Source: Ranitomeya imitator
Taxonomy: Eukaryota
DNA: 64,000 bases
NCBI RefSeq assembly: GCF_032444005.1
Contig: NC_091284.1
Coordinates: forward strand, 463,264,001 to 463,328,000
Direction: 5' to 3'
Shown: piece by piece, positions 25,302 to 38,235 of the stretch
Numbering within the stretch: position 1 is the stretch's first letter
Layout: each line of letters starts with the position of its first letter
The notes under the pieces: generated by a model
The model's database searches: none
Seen by the model: the letters and a program-made list of their open reading frames with translations, nothing else
What the model was told of the DNA's origin: nothing
Made by a program: the position numbers and the translations under genes

Positions 25302-26535
25302 AGGGAATCCATCACCAGGTTTTTGCTACCTCATCTGAGAGCAACATAATGTAGGAAAAAAGACCCTGATTACAATGATGTATCACTTAGTTTACTGGGT
25401 GCAGCAGATTTGACACAATCAGAATTTATAGATGCAGCATGCAGTAGAGCTCATAAAGCTGCCCCAGCCTACACCACAGCTTTCTGTGTGCATTGTCTAT
25501 TGGCAGAAAGCTGCTTATCAGGGGAGGGGAGTGTGTTATGAACAGGTAATTCAGAACCACAATGGACATTGAAGTTCAGAGCACACAAAGTGACCTGACA
25601 ATTACCAAAAAACAAGGACGAGCTCTGAGACGTGGAAACTCTGCTGACCGCAATCCCTAATCCTATCACACCACACTAGAGGTAGCCGTGGATTGCGCCT
25701 AACGCTCCCTATGCAACTCGGCACAGCCTGAGAAACTAACTAGCCCTGAAGATAGAAAAATAAGCCTACCTTGCCTCAGAGAAATTCCCCAAAGGAAAAG
25801 GCAGCCCCCCCACATATAATGACTGTGAGTAAGATGAAAATACAAACACAGAGATGAAATAGATTTAGCAAAGTGAGGCCCGACTTACTGAATAGACCGA
25901 GGATAGGAAAGATAGCTTTGCGGTCAACACAAAAACCTACAAACAACCACGCAGAGGGGCAAAAAGACCCTCCGCACCGACTAACGGTACGGAGGTGCTC
26001 CCTCTGCGTCTCAGAGCTTCCAGCAAGCAAGAAAAACCAATAAAGCAAGCTGGAAAGAAAAAATAGCAAGCAAAAATAACACAAGCAAAACTTAGCTTAT
26101 GCAGGATAGACAGGCCACAGGAACGATCCAGGAGGAAGCAAGACCAATACTAGAACATTGACTGGAGGCCAGGATCAAAGCACCAGGTGGAGTTAAATAG
26201 AGCACTAACGACTTAACCTCATCACCTGAGGAAGGAAACTCAGAAGCCGCAGTACCACTCTCATCCACCAAAGGAAGCTCATAGACAGAACCAGCCGAAG
26301 TACCACTCTCGACCACAGGAGGGAGCTTGGCCACAGAATTCACAACAGGAGTGGTCACACCAGGGCTTTTGTGTACTGTGCTCTGAGTAGTGATAATCTC
26401 CTGGTGATACAACAGTCATTGTATGGAAACAACAGCACACAGCCTGATAAGTGACACATCCCTGAAATCTGTGTCTCATCTGCTACATCCTGCTCTCCTC
26501 AGATTTCATAGCAATAACCCGCTGACAGATTCCCT
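25302..26535. mobile_element. T2/Kolobok MITE interrupted by a solo LTR
   Basis: AGGGAATCCATCACCAGG ... GCTGACAGATTCCCT|TTAA; the two halves match the intact copy at 37857-38235. Confidence 0.8.
25534..26347 (-). mobile_element. Solo LTR (814 bp)
   Basis: TGTTATG...CACAACA termini; GGAGTG duplicated on both flanks; TATTTAA box on the minus strand. Confidence 0.85.
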
Positions 26536-28196
26536 TTAAATGCTTTGACTCCTTCACAATTTTGTCTCAATACAATGACGTGCAAGGAACTAATGCACAG
26601 CTCCATTTTATATTAAAGGGGTTGTCAACCTAACTATTATTATTTATTTTTAGTTAAATGAATGTATTAAGTTCTGACATTTGCTGTTGGGTTTCATTAA
26701 AAACCATGCACTGTTTTGCTTTTAAAGGCTCTTTGTGGTCCAGCGCATTCAACTTTGATGTGGTCTGTGAGCATAAATCAGCTGAGACGAGCTCAGAAAA
26801 AGACAGATATAAGACCCGAATTCTCCTGTAACTCAATCAGATGGATTCTCAGAAAACTCATTCTGCAGCCAGCAATACAACACAAAGGCTATAGAAGTGA
26901 AATGGTCCAACATTTTTAATGAAACCCAATTGCAAAAATTATATTGAGCCCCAAATCCTTGCATATAAGTAAAAGATGGCCCCAAAAGTTGAGTGATTAG
27001 TCACAATATCACAACATGAGATGGACACATTCACCCTTGGGGAATATACTGTAGGGGCTTATAGCATATATAGATGTTCAGAAACATAAAATGCAAATCT
27101 GTAACAGAGCCCCACCTACCGGGCACCATTTACACTGTGTTTTTTTATTTGTCCCTTGTGACTCCTCAGGGGTCAGGACTGAGATTTTACTTCTATCCAT
27201 GCCCCCTTGTTTTACTTCTATCCATGCCCCCTGTGGGTGTTGTATATTGACATTGTGTGTCTCAATCATATTACGTGGTTTGGGTATCACAAAGCCTAAT
27301 TGAAATGTGAAAACTCCTTATGACAGACATCATTAAAATGCAATAAACAGCAATTAAAGTTCACCCACTACTAGTAATTCACATGTCTAATTAACTCCAA
27401 TAAATATAGAGATTAACACAAAGCATTGATAATGAATGAATAACCTGCAGAGCCACATGTGCGTGGTAGTTATGTGTCAAGCTCTATTTTGTTGTTATTA
27501 AAAGATTATACTGTGTGTATTAGACCCCAATTACATGTTGAATGAAGCATTAAGAATAACGCTTTGGGTTGAGTAGGCTTTAATTGCAATTAAGTGGATT
27601 GCTTGATTCCTGCAGCAATATGATTCCGTCTCCCGAGATTCTAGAGATAAGGTGCGTGGACACGTTTCTATTTTACTTTTAAATATTAATAAAGCAAATT
27701 GTACACATCACATAACTACATAAATAATGCATTGCCTGTTCCTGCAATAATGTGCATAGCGTTCAGAAGAACAATAAATATATGCGGGATTTGGAGATAA
27801 ACACTATGGGCTTTCAGAGTCATTTTGGCATATAATGTATATAGTTTTGGAGGTAATTGCATTAGACAACATTGTCTCAGTCATTATATGCTTCTCAGTT
27901 CATGCTTGGTTCACCAGGGAAGTCCAAATATAGAGTTATTTTATCCACATTGTGGTCAACTAGTTGTTAAAATCTGCTTCTTTCTCCTCCAGAACTAATC
28001 AGTCATTTTCAACATTCTCAAATCGTGGGTATAATCTGTATTCAGAGAAGATAACCTTTCCCAAGACGGAGATAGGAGATGGCAGTTGGTGCTGATAAGA
28101 TTCTATGCAGAGGACAAGGGAGAGGAGGGCGGAGCTAGAGGCAGAGCCCCTCCCAGCAGTCTAGAAAGAATTTTGTCACTAGCATCTCCTTCCTTA

Positions 28197-28625
28197 AGGT
28201 ACTGTCACATTTAGCGACGCTGCAGCGATCTAGACAACGATGCCGATCGCTGCAGCGTCACTGTGTGGTCGCTGGAGAGCTGTCACACAGACAGCTCTCC
28301 AGCTACCAACGATGCCGAAGTCCCTGGGTAACCAGGGTAAACATCAGGTTACTAAGCACAGGGCCGCGCTTAGTAACCCGATGTTTACCCTGGTTACCAG
28401 CGTAAAAGTTAAAAAAAAACACTACATACTTACATTCCGCTGTCTGTCCCTCGGCGCTCTGCTTCTCTGCCCTGTGTAAGCACAGCGGCCGGAAAGCACA
28501 GCGGTGACGTCATCACAGCACAGCAGGATTCTGATCGCTGCTGTGTGTCAAACTGAACGATATCGCTAGCCAGGACGCTGCAATGTCACGGATCGCTATC
28601 GATATCGTTTAGTGTGATGGTACCT
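28197..28625. mobile_element. PIF/Harbinger-type MITE, copy 2 (internally deleted)
   Basis: TTA|AGGTACTGTCACAT ... GTGTGATGGTACCT|TTA; identical TTA TSD. Confidence 0.85.
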
Positions 28626-28794
28626 TTAGAGGCCATCTTGCAATCTTGTAAGCACAGCAATGAAGCTGGCTGGGTTTAAGAGAACAGTGGGCTCCTGCAA
28701 TCCCACTAGCTTCAAAGCAGTGTTTACAAGTTTCAAAGATTATAAGCACAGTGCATGCTCAACCACTACGGTTAGGCAGCAGTTGTGGTCGGTC

Positions 28795-29876
28795 ACTGTA
28801 AAAAAAAGCAAACACAACATACTTACATTCCGGTGTCTGTCGCGTCCCCCGGCGTTCTGCTTCCCTGCACTGTGTAAGCGCCAGCCGTAAAGCAGAGCGG
28901 TGACGTCACCGCTGTGCTTTACGGCCAGCCGGCGCTCAGTCAGTGCAGGGAAGCAGAACGCCGGGGGACAAACACCGGAATGTAAGTATGTAGTGTTTGG
29001 TATTTTTTACATTTACACTGGTAACCAGGGTAAACATCGGGTTACTAAGCGTGGCCCTGCACTTAATAACCTGATGTTTACCCTGGTTACCAGTGAAGAC
29101 ATCGCTGAATCGGCGTCACACACGCCGATTCAGCGATGTCAACGGGTGATCCAGCGACGAAATAAAATTCTGGCCTTTCTGGTCCGACCAACGATGTCAC
29201 AGCAGGATCTTGACGCTCAGTCAGTGCAGGGAAGCAGAACGCCGGGGGACAAACACCGGAATGTAAGTATGTAGTGTTTGTTTTTTTTACATTTACACTG
29301 GTAACCAGGGTAAACATCGGGTTACTAAGCGCGGCCCTGCACTTAATAACCTGATGTTTACCCTGGTTACCAGTGAAGACATCGCTGAATCGGCGTCACA
29401 CACGCCGATTCAGCGATGTCAACGGGTGATCCAGCGACGAAATAAAATTCTGGCCTTTCTGGTCCGACCAACGATGTCACAGCAGGATCTTGACGCTCAG
29501 TCAGTGCAGGGAAGCAGAACGCCGGGGGACAAACACCGGAATGTAAGTATGTAGTGTTTGGTATTTTTTACATTTACACTGGTAACCAGGGTAAACATCG
29601 GGTTACTAAGCGTGGCCCTGCACTTAATAACCTGATGTTTACCCTGGTTACCAGTGAAGACATCGCTGAATCGGCGTCACACACGCCGATTCAGCGATGT
29701 CAACGGGTGATCCAGCGACGAAATAAAATTCTGGCCTTTCTGGTCCGACCAACGATGTCACAGCAGGATCTTGATCGCTGCTGCGTGTCAAACACAACGA
29801 TATCGCTATACAGGACGCTGCAACGTCACGGATCGCTAGCGATATCGTTGTTAAGTTGATCAGTGTGAAGGTACCT
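28795..29876. mobile_element. PIF/Harbinger-type MITE, copy 3, with internal tandem triplication
   Basis: Right end CAGTGTGAAGGTACCT|TTA; three ~280-bp units at 28933-29213, 29214-29493 and 29494-29774; left end missing. Confidence 0.85.
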
Positions 29877-30063
29877 TTAGTAATGTTAAAATGTTAGTTG
29901 AAAACAGATTTTACCTGAGAATTGAGATTTTTGAAAATTAATTATCAGTTCTGGGAGAGAAAGAAGCAGATTTCTCTGATAAGATATAATACAAAGTTGG
30001 TAATTTTCACTTCTACTATTTATTTATTGTTACATAAAATGTAAACGAATGGTTACACTTTAA

Positions 30064-30158
30064 CCCGTTGCTGATATCGGGCATAATAATACGCCGATAT
30101 CCCTCCCTTTGATGTGGGCTCACATCTCTTCCGGGACGTGTCAGCTGTTTTGAACAGC
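30064..30158. mobile_element. Left-end fragment of the TTAA element family seen at 1-246
   Basis: TTAA|CCC start; matches the reverse complement of about 130-246. Confidence 0.55.
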
Positions 30159-30190
30159 CTTATATGTAAAGTTTATTTTATGGAGGTTAG

Positions 30191-32140
30191 GTAACATAGT
30201 AACATAGTTAGTAAGGCCGAAAAAAGACATTTGTCCATCCAGTTCAGCCTATATTCCATCATAATAAATCCCCAGATCTACGTCCTTCTACAGAACCTAA
30301 TTGTATGATACAATATTGTTCTGCTCCAGGAAGACATCCAGGCCTCTCTTGAACCCCTCGACTGAGTTCGCCATCACCACCTCCTCAGGCAAGCAATTCC
30401 AGATTCTCACTGCCCTAACAGTAAAGAATCCTCTTCTATGTTGGTGGAAAAACCTTCTCTCCTCCAGACGCAAAGAATGCCCCCTTGTGCCCGTCACCTT
30501 CCTTGGTATAAACAGATCCTCAGCGAGATATTTGTATTGTCCCCTTATATACTTATACATGGTTATTAGATCGCCCCTCAGTCGTCTTTTTTCTAGACTA
30601 AATAATCCTAATTTCTCTAATCTATCTGGGTATTGTAGTTCTCCCATCCCCTTTATTAATTTTGTTGCCCTCCTTTGTACTCTCTCTAGTTCCATTATAT
30701 CCTTCCTGAGCACCGGTGCCCAAAACTGGACACAGTACTCCATGTGCGGTCTAACTAGGGATTTGTACAGAGGCAGTATAATGCTCTCATCATGTGTATC
30801 CAGACCTCTTTTAATGCACCCCATGATCCTGTTTGCCTTGGCAGCTGCTGCCTGGCACTGGCTGCTCCAGGTAAGTTTATCATTAACTAGGATCCCCAAG
30901 TCCTTCTCCCTGTCAGATTTACCCAGTGGTTTCCCATTCAGTGTGTAATGGTGACATTGATTCCTTCTTCCCATGTGTATAACCTTACATTTATCATTGT
31001 TAAACCTCATCTGCCACCTTTCAGCCCAAGTTTCCAACTTATCCAGATCCATCTGTAGCAGAATACTATCTTCTCTTGTATTAACTGCTTTACATAGTTT
31101 TGTATCATCTGCAAATATCGATATTTTACTGTGTAAACCTTCTACCAGATCATTAATGAATATGTTGAAGAGAACAGGTCCCAATACTGACCCCTGCGGT
31201 ACCCCACTGGTCACAGCGACCCAGTTAGAGACTATACCATTTATAACCACCCTCTGCTTTCTATCACTAAGCCAGTTACTAACCCATTTACACACAATTT
31301 CCCCCAGACCAAGCATTCTCATTTTGTGTACCAACCTCTTGTGCGGCACGGTATCAAACGCTTTGGAAAAATCGAGATATACCACGTCCAATGACTCACC
31401 GTGGTCCAGCCTATAGCTTACCTCTTCATAAAAACTGATTAGATTGGTTTGACAGGAGCGATTTCTCATAAACCCATGCTGATATGGAGTTAAACAGTTA
31501 TTCTCATTGAGATAATCCAGAATAACATCCCTCAGAAACCCTTCAAATATTTTACCAACAATAGAGGTTAGACTTACTGGCCTATAATTTCCAGGTTCAC
31601 TTTCAGAGCCCTTTTTGAATATTGGCACCACATTTGCTATGCGCCAATCCTGCGGAACAGACCCTGTCGCTATAGAGTCCCTAAAAATAAGAAATAATGG
31701 TTTATCTATTACATTACTTAGTTCTCTTAGTACTCGTGGGTGTATGCCATCCGGACCCGGAGATTTATCTATTTTAATCTTATTTAGCCGGTTTCGCACC
31801 TCTTCTTGGATTAGATTGGTGACCCTTAATATAGGGTTTTCATTGTTTCTTGGGATTTCACCTAGCATTTCATTTTCCACTGTGAATACCGTGGAGAAGA
31901 AGGTGTTTAATATGTTAGCTTTTTCCTCGTCATCTACAACCATTCTTTCCTCACTATTTTTTAAGGGGCCTACATTTTCAGTTTTTATTCTTTTACTATT
32001 GATATAGTTGAAGAACAGTTTGGGATTAGTTTTACTCTCCTTAGCAATGTGCTTCTCTGTTTCCTTTTTGGCAGCTTTAATTAGTTTTTTAGATAAAGTA
32101 TTTTTCTCCCTATAGTTTTTTAGAGCTTCAATGGTGCCAT
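30191..32140 (-). mobile_element. CR1 LINE, 5'-truncated, young
   Basis: ORF2 RT region; 3' tail of 8-bp repeats (TATGTTAC)n; no TSD, as usual for CR1. Confidence 0.95.
30297..31943 (-). CDS. CR1 ORF2 reverse transcriptase domain (uninterrupted; frame stays open to about 32140)
   Basis: KSPGPDGIHPRVL, NYRPVSLTS, YLDFSKAFDTVPH, GVPQGSVLGP, FADDTKL, KDLGIL and EKRRLRGDLI motifs. Confidence 0.93.
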   Translation of the reverse strand: MVVDDEEKANILNTFFSTVFTVENEMLGEIPRNNENPILRVTNLIQEEVRNRLNKIKIDKSPGPDGIHPRVLRELSNVIDKPLFLIFRDSIATGSVPQDWRIANVVPIFKKGSESEPGNYRPVSLTSIVGKIFEGFLRDVILDYLNENNCLTPYQHGFMRNRSCQTNLISFYEEVSYRLDHGESLDVVYLDFSKAFDTVPHKRLVHKMRMLGLGEIVCKWVSNWLSDRKQRVVINGIVSNWVAVTSGVPQGSVLGPVLFNIFINDLVEGLHSKISIFADDTKLCKAVNTREDSILLQMDLDKLETWAERWQMRFNNDKCKVIHMGRRNQCHHYTLNGKPLGKSDREKDLGILVNDKLTWSSQCQAAAAKANRIMGCIKRGLDTHDESIILPLYKSLVRPHMEYCVQFWAPVLRKDIMELERVQRRATKLIKGMGELQYPDRLEKLGLFSLEKRRLRGDLITMYKYIRGQYKYLAEDLFIPRKVTGTRGHSLRLEERRFFHQHRRGFFTVRAVRIWNCLPEEVVMANSVEGFKRGLDVFLEQNNIVSYN

Positions 32141-32239
32141 TTTTTAAAACAGGATTATGATAACTCTACCTTCCCGAATAAAATATTTTATCTCATCACA
32201 TGAAAAAAGAAGTACGAAGAGAAATTCAGTTCAGCTTAC

Positions 32240-32331
32240 CTTTTTAAGATGTGCTAGGAAGTCCTGAGGAATGGAAGTTCCCAGCTCAGAAATAAGCCAC
32301 ACACAGTACTGCCTCTCCTCTTTCTGTGAAT
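32240..32331 (-). CDS. Exon of dynein heavy chain-like gene (end of AAA6)
   Basis: CTCTACAG acceptor, AAG|GTAAGC donor; phase 1 to 0; DSQKEERQYCVWLISELGTSIPQDFLAHLKK resembles dynein FRLWLTS..P..IL. Confidence 0.9.
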
Positions 32332-33178
32332 CTGTAGAGACCAGATTTATAACAAGCAACAATATTGTGTATCACGATGTTAAAGTGATGTACTGTGTGC
32401 ATGGAAATCATTAAGTACGAGTGGAGAACAGAATATATCAATGCTCCCCAATCGATGGTTTGGAAGCCACATGTGGCTATGGCTATGGTGTGTGTGGGTT
32501 TGCACACAGTTTAGCATTATTGCCACTGCTACATCTAAAACAACAAGCAGTCCAGTAAGTGATACTTCATTGAAATCAGGCTCTCTTGTAGCTCTCGGAT
32601 TACGTAGCAAGCACCTGCTGACAGATTCCCTTTAACAGATGTAAATACTCTAATACGCAAACAGTACCAGTAATGTGATATTATGGTAGTAGGGGCACAA
32701 TTTCGTAAGAACTCTATGAATTTGTGATATATTCAAGTGAATGTTCTTTTACAACACTCAATGCAGCTTAACACCATCTGTCATAGCTGAAAATAGATTA
32801 AAAAACACACAAAATAGAATGGGGTCTTTTCTTGGCTTGGATTTTAAATTTTACATCTAAAGGTACTCAATATAACATTGGGGAACTGCAAATATCCTAT
32901 CTTAGCTAAAATACTTGCAGTTACCTGACGAAACCTGAAGGACCTCATTATAAGTCAGTAGGATCCATCACAATTTGGTGCAGCTTTAGTGTTTTCAGTC
33001 AATATTTATTTACTTTTTTGCAGCAATGACATCCCATCAACACATATAACCACTGCAGCCAACACCACACCACTGAGACCAGTGATTGGCTGCAGCCATT
33101 AGGTGGGTTGTTGGGGCGTCATTGCTACCGCCATGCAAACAAACACCGATGGGGAGCAGCGGAGTAGCAAGAATTTAA

Positions 33179-33904
33179 AGGAGTCCTGTCATGTACCCAA
33201 ACACTATTACCCTGCAGCTATGGAGCTAATCTGCAGGTTAATAGAGTTCTAAAGTTGCCCAGCCGCCTTACTGAAAGCATGGATACCGGGAGGAAATTAA
33301 CTTCAATCTTCCTGGCAGCCTCTGGCTTTCAGTCACAGAGTCACGGCCAACGTGTCTTCAGTCACCGCTCAGTACATAGTGAGCGGTGGCTGTAAACACT
33401 AGAGATGAGTGAATATTTCAATATTCGGTTCGGATTATGATCGCCAGATTTGTAATATTCGCCAAACATAGCCGAATGTTACTGGAGTCAATGGGAGTAC
33501 AGATGAGCGAATATGTTCGTAAACGATTGTCAGACCTAAAATCTGCACGAATATGGCAAATTCGGTTTCGTCGATCGTTTTCCAAACATTTTTGCTTATC
33601 TCTACTAAGCACATCCCAGCACACTGACTGACAGGCTTCTCTACGGCGTATAAGTACACAGACAGCTGTCAGTCAATATACCAGGGTGTGCTAACAGCTG
33701 CCACTTGTTATATACTGAGCAGTCATTGAAGCTATGCCAGCCGAGTCTTTGTGATGGAAATCTGGAGGCTACTGGGATGAGTAATGTTAATTTCAATACA
33801 CCAGGCTATCAGTACGATGGCCACACAACTTTATAACACTATTAACCTGCTGGATAACCCCATATATGCAGTTTATTAGCATTTGGGGACATGACAGGTT
33901 CCCT
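33179..33904. mobile_element. T2/Kolobok MITE containing a hAT-MITE left end at 33400
   Basis: TTAA|AGGAGTCCTGTCATG ... CATGACAGGTTCCCT|TTAA; internal TAGAGATGAGTGAATATT hAT-like terminus. Confidence 0.7.
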
Positions 33905-34277
33905 TTAAACAGAAAATGCTTCTTTTATTTTATGGAATTGCTCCCCTTTGCCTATTTTGTCTTGATTATGGACAATCCCTTTAAATCTATCAGGCTGCAC
34001 TACAGCAGCGATCACTGAATGACAGAACCTCCAGCAAACTGTTATGAAGACGTCTGTCACGCAGCGCGAACCATTTCCAGTAGTTACATGACGAAGCATG
34101 TTTGTAGCGTAATACAGGCTGTAAATGTTCATTTTGTGAACGTCACTTTTATACAGGTAATAGCTTATGATGCTGCTCTGGATCTGGACAACTGTTAGAA
34201 ACGTAGAACCTATTTCTATCTCTACCTCCGTCTATGAATCTGATCCTACATGACAATAAATGTGTCACTAACCGTAC

Positions 34278-34458
34278 CTTGCATTTTGGCAGCATATCTC
34301 AGGTTCTTGGAGAGATTTTTCAGCATGGCTTTTGATGCCAGATGAAGATTTTCTATAACGAGCCAGCCATTGTGATTCATTGTGTCATTTAGTGCTGCTT
34401 TCACCTCTTCCTCATTTCCATTCGTCAAACTGACTGTGTAAAATGGTATGCTTTTCTC
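34278..34458 (-). CDS. Exon of dynein heavy chain-like gene (AAA6 module)
   Basis: TTCTTAG acceptor, AAG|GTACGG donor; phase 0 to 1; TVSLTNGNEEEVKAALNDTMNHNGWLVIENLHLA resembles dynein GxWVxLxNxHLA. Confidence 0.92.
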
Positions 34459-35331
34459 CTAAGAACAAAGAAACATAATTATATTTCTTCAGAGAGTAAC
34501 ACAAATATTTAAGGTGCGTAGAGAACACATTTATATTTCTGTATATAATGTAGCGGAAACCCATTATTAGCGCAGCTTTTCTGCTTTATGGTGAAACATA
34601 CACAGCATAATCTCCGACTGCAGTCAGTGGCTGTCTCCTCTCTATTACGGTAAAGTAAGTGGAAAAGAAGAGTAATTGAGATGCAATTGCTAACATAATA
34701 AAAGGTAATGTACATTGGGGACAGCTGTGCACAGCGTGAGGCTAGAGGATGCCTGTGTGTGACTTTGGTGCACCTGGCATGTCTCACAACGGTGGTAAAT
34801 GTGTGGGCATGCCCAGATCTATAACTTTAACATAAGAATTAAACTCTAAATATTGGTTTATGCAATAAATGTAACCAGATATCATGACTCATTATAGATA
34901 AGGTTCAGTGACAAACAACAAGCGATTGATGCAGCGGAAACAGCGCACCGTGTAAAAAGAATGCAGCCATTTTCTTTTGTAATGCCAACAAATGATGTCC
35001 TCCTGTCTGCATCCGTCAATCACTTGAGATCACAGTGACCCCGGAGAAAAGTCTCCGAATAGACCTGACTGTCATGGTCAGAGGCAAATACTCAAATAAG
35101 AATGAAATGAACACTACAACAGTTCTTCATGCAAGGAAAATATTTGATTCATTTACTAAATCCACTGCATCTTTATGTGAAAATAAATGGGCATATATAA
35201 TATGATGTCCTCAGTGAAGTTTTTTGTATTACTTGAATGATCCTAAAAACATTGTGGCAGTTGCATTGGTGTTACTATAGCAATAAGTTCTAGCACAACA
35301 GGGAGAGAATAGAACAAGGAAATATGTCTTA

Positions 35332-36070
35332 GGCTATGTGCACACATTGTGGATGCGAGTGATTTTCCACGTGGAATTGCACCAAATCCACAAAGAAGTG
35401 CTCAAGCAATGTTAATCAATGGGAATCCAGAATCGGTGTTCACATGCTATGGAAAAGTCTGCACCGATTCGCAGCTTTTTATTTTCCGCAGCATGTCAAT
35501 TCTTTTTGCGGATCTGCAACGTTTCTGCACCCATTGACTTACATTGAGTCAGTCAAATCCGCAGTTATACCCCAGGTGTAAAAAGGTCAATGGATTAGCC
35601 AAAAATGCTGCAGAAAGGAGGGAGGAAGAGTGTGGGGGCAGAGAATATGTGTGTGGGCAAAGACTATGTGTGAGCGGAGAATATGTGCGGATGTGTTTGC
35701 GGGTGTCTGTGTGTGTGCGGGTGTCTGTGTGTGTGTTTGCGGGTGTCTGTGTGTTTGCGGTTGTCTGTGTGTGTGCGGGTGTCTGTGTGTGTTTGTGGAC
35801 GTCTGTCTGCGGGTGTCTGTGTGTGTAGCCAGGTATTGTCTGATGGGACTACTACTCCCATCTGGCTATGTCTGCTGTCACATATAACAGTGAAAGCATG
35901 AGTCGATGATGGAACAGTAGTCTCATCATCCAGCGACTGTGTTCAATTGTAAAAAAAACAAAACATTCTCATACTCACCAAATACCTAATCCCTGACGCC
36001 CGCATCTCCTGCAACAAAAATAAAATAATAAACCAACATATACTCCCTGTCCACCGTAGTCCTCTTAATA
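35332..36070. mobile_element. Harbinger-like MITE remnant containing a GT-rich tandem repeat (about 35690-35825)
   Basis: TTA|GGCTATGTGCACAC start; (GTGT)/GCGGGTGTCT repeats; right end not found. Confidence 0.5.
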
Positions 36071-36597
36071 ACGAGTGTGCCACGATGATCTCATGTGTAG
36101 AACAGTCACATCGGGATATGTGACTGCTCTACCCGGCCTCCGGTGATACACTGACAGGAAGTGATCCCTCCCATAGTGTATCATAGAGCCAAAAAAGGGC
36201 AGGTATAGATGGAAACCAAGCAAGAGAGAAGGTGTATTTAAATGATTGGCCATGTCATGATTCACCAAGCGCCTGTACTTAGTGTGAATAGTCATTCTGT
36301 GCTGACAGAGTCCCTTTAAACAAAAATCAATGCAAGATGATAAAGGATAATTTGTATGCACAGGAATAGAAACGCTGGGGAGTTGTAGCAATGAAGGTAT
36401 AAGAGCAAATGACATACATAACTGTAAAAAGTAGGGGAAATTTACTAAGCCTAGCGTTTTATATGCTTATTTTGAATAGATGTGTGTTACAAATTTATTA
36501 TGAGGCACACACCTTTAAATTTGGGGTATATTTGCCTGTTTGTATTGCAGAACATGAAATCTGTGCAGCTAGATTATAAGCTAGTGGAGATTTGTGT

Positions 36598-37310
36598 TGT
36601 AGCACCCGCATATCTGCCTGCAGTCCCTCTCTCCCTGCAGAGACATCAGCGTGCTCACCGCCAAGGCGCCTGTCCTGCCCCTTTCGGGGCTGCTGTGCAC
36701 ACACTCCTAGCAGGTCTCCAGGCACTGTGCTTAGAGTGCACATGCGCACCCTTCCTCTTTTTTAATGGGGACGCGCGTGTTCCTCTAAAGTGTCACCAGC
36801 CAATAGCTGGAGGTCACTTACTATTTAAACCTCGTTCTCCCACATGAAGGTGCCTGTGCAATGTTTGTTCCTAACATGCTTGTCAGTTCTCAGGTCCCTG
36901 TACTAGCATCTTAGTCTGCTGCACTGACTAGTGCTCACCTCAACAGCAGTTGAGCCAGCTGCATCCACCAGTGCTCACCTCAACGGCAGCCATGCCAACT
37001 GCACCCACCAGTGCTCATCTCTCCATCAGACTGCCCTGTCTGCACCTGAGGTTCCGGTCATCTACTCTACTTGCCCGCATCTGTTGGACATTGTCCCAGG
37101 CCATTACAGCTATCCACTCCTAGGGGTCAGCCGCCATCTACCCAAGGTCAGTCCTGGAGTAGCACCTGGATCACCTCCCTAGTCTCTCCATGGACTGCGG
37201 TGTCATTAGCTGCTGCATGTCCATGGTTGGATTGGGCGAGGCTCCTAGTCATGCCCCTCCAGGTCTTCCTAGGGCTTTGGCACAGTGGTTCTACCACCAA
37301 GCCCGTTACA
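36598..37310 (+). mobile_element. Solo LTR (713 bp)
   Basis: TGTA...TACA termini with perfect 5-bp TSD TGTGT (36593-36597 and 37311-37315); TATTTAAA box at about 36822. Confidence 0.88.
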
Positions 37311-37856
37311 TGTGTTATAATTGATGACATTTTATGGCATTAACTTTCCCATTAAACTTCCCTCATTTTTTTACATCACTTTAAAAAACATGGCAAAATA
37401 GTAAAAACACAACTTTTGCATGAAAATAGCATCCACTAAAATGGGCGACTTTATTTCCCCAGAAAAGTGGAGTACAGGCCTTAACAAATTCCTTAAATGT
37501 GTATTTCATTGGCAAGGCACAAATTACAGGGATATTTATTGGAAATGTAAATTACACTGCAGAATATACTGGTGGTTATAGGGGCAAAAAAATAATAATA
37601 CAGATGGTTACACCCCATGCCATTCTCCATTCCATATGTTCATAGTTTTCCAAACCTTGATGAGGGATAACAAGCCTAAAACAGATGTGTGCAGGTTCAT
37701 AACTGACTTTATAATTGTAGATTGGATCTGAGCTATACTCCAGTAACGGAAAATTGATAGTAAACCATAGGGGCTTTCTTAAATATAGGGTTTGATTTGT
37801 GAAAGAAGGAATGACATGTGGATGACTGTTTTAAGAAGAAAGTACATAAGCCTTAA

Positions 37857-38235
37857 AGGGAATCTGTCAGCAGGTTTTTGCTACCTTACCTGAGAACATC
37901 CTGATGAAGGCAAAGAGAAGCTGAATCCAACTATGTATCACTTAGATTATTGGGAGCAGCCGTTCTGACACAATCAGAGTTTATAGATTAAGCAATACAG
38001 CCGAAATGAGGAAGTCCATAGACAGTGAGTTGCTTATCACAGGAAGGGGCGTGTCGGACCAGTGCTCACAGACCAGCTAGTCAAAGCAATATAATCTACT
38101 GATGCTAAAACAAAACTTGAGTGTAAGCAAACAAAACACAAGCCTGATAAGAGAGGAATTGCTGAAATCTGTGTTTTAACCCCTACAGCTTTGTATCTTC
38201 AGATTACATAGAAAAAACCTGCTGACAGATTCCCT
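37857..38235. mobile_element. T2/Kolobok MITE, complete
   Basis: TTAA|AGGGAATCTGTCAGCAGGTTTT ... AAAACCTGCTGACAGATTCCCT|TTAA. Confidence 0.92.

Noticed and set aside
30301-31416. 215-aa and 147-aa plus-strand ORFs
   Set aside because: Antisense shadows of CR1 ORF2.
37898-37930. CTGATGA...GAAT in a T2 MITE, and other CTGATGA hits (about 44, 50075, 56636, 59895)
   Set aside because: No GAAA with compatible stems I-III; other copies of the MITE family lack the motif.
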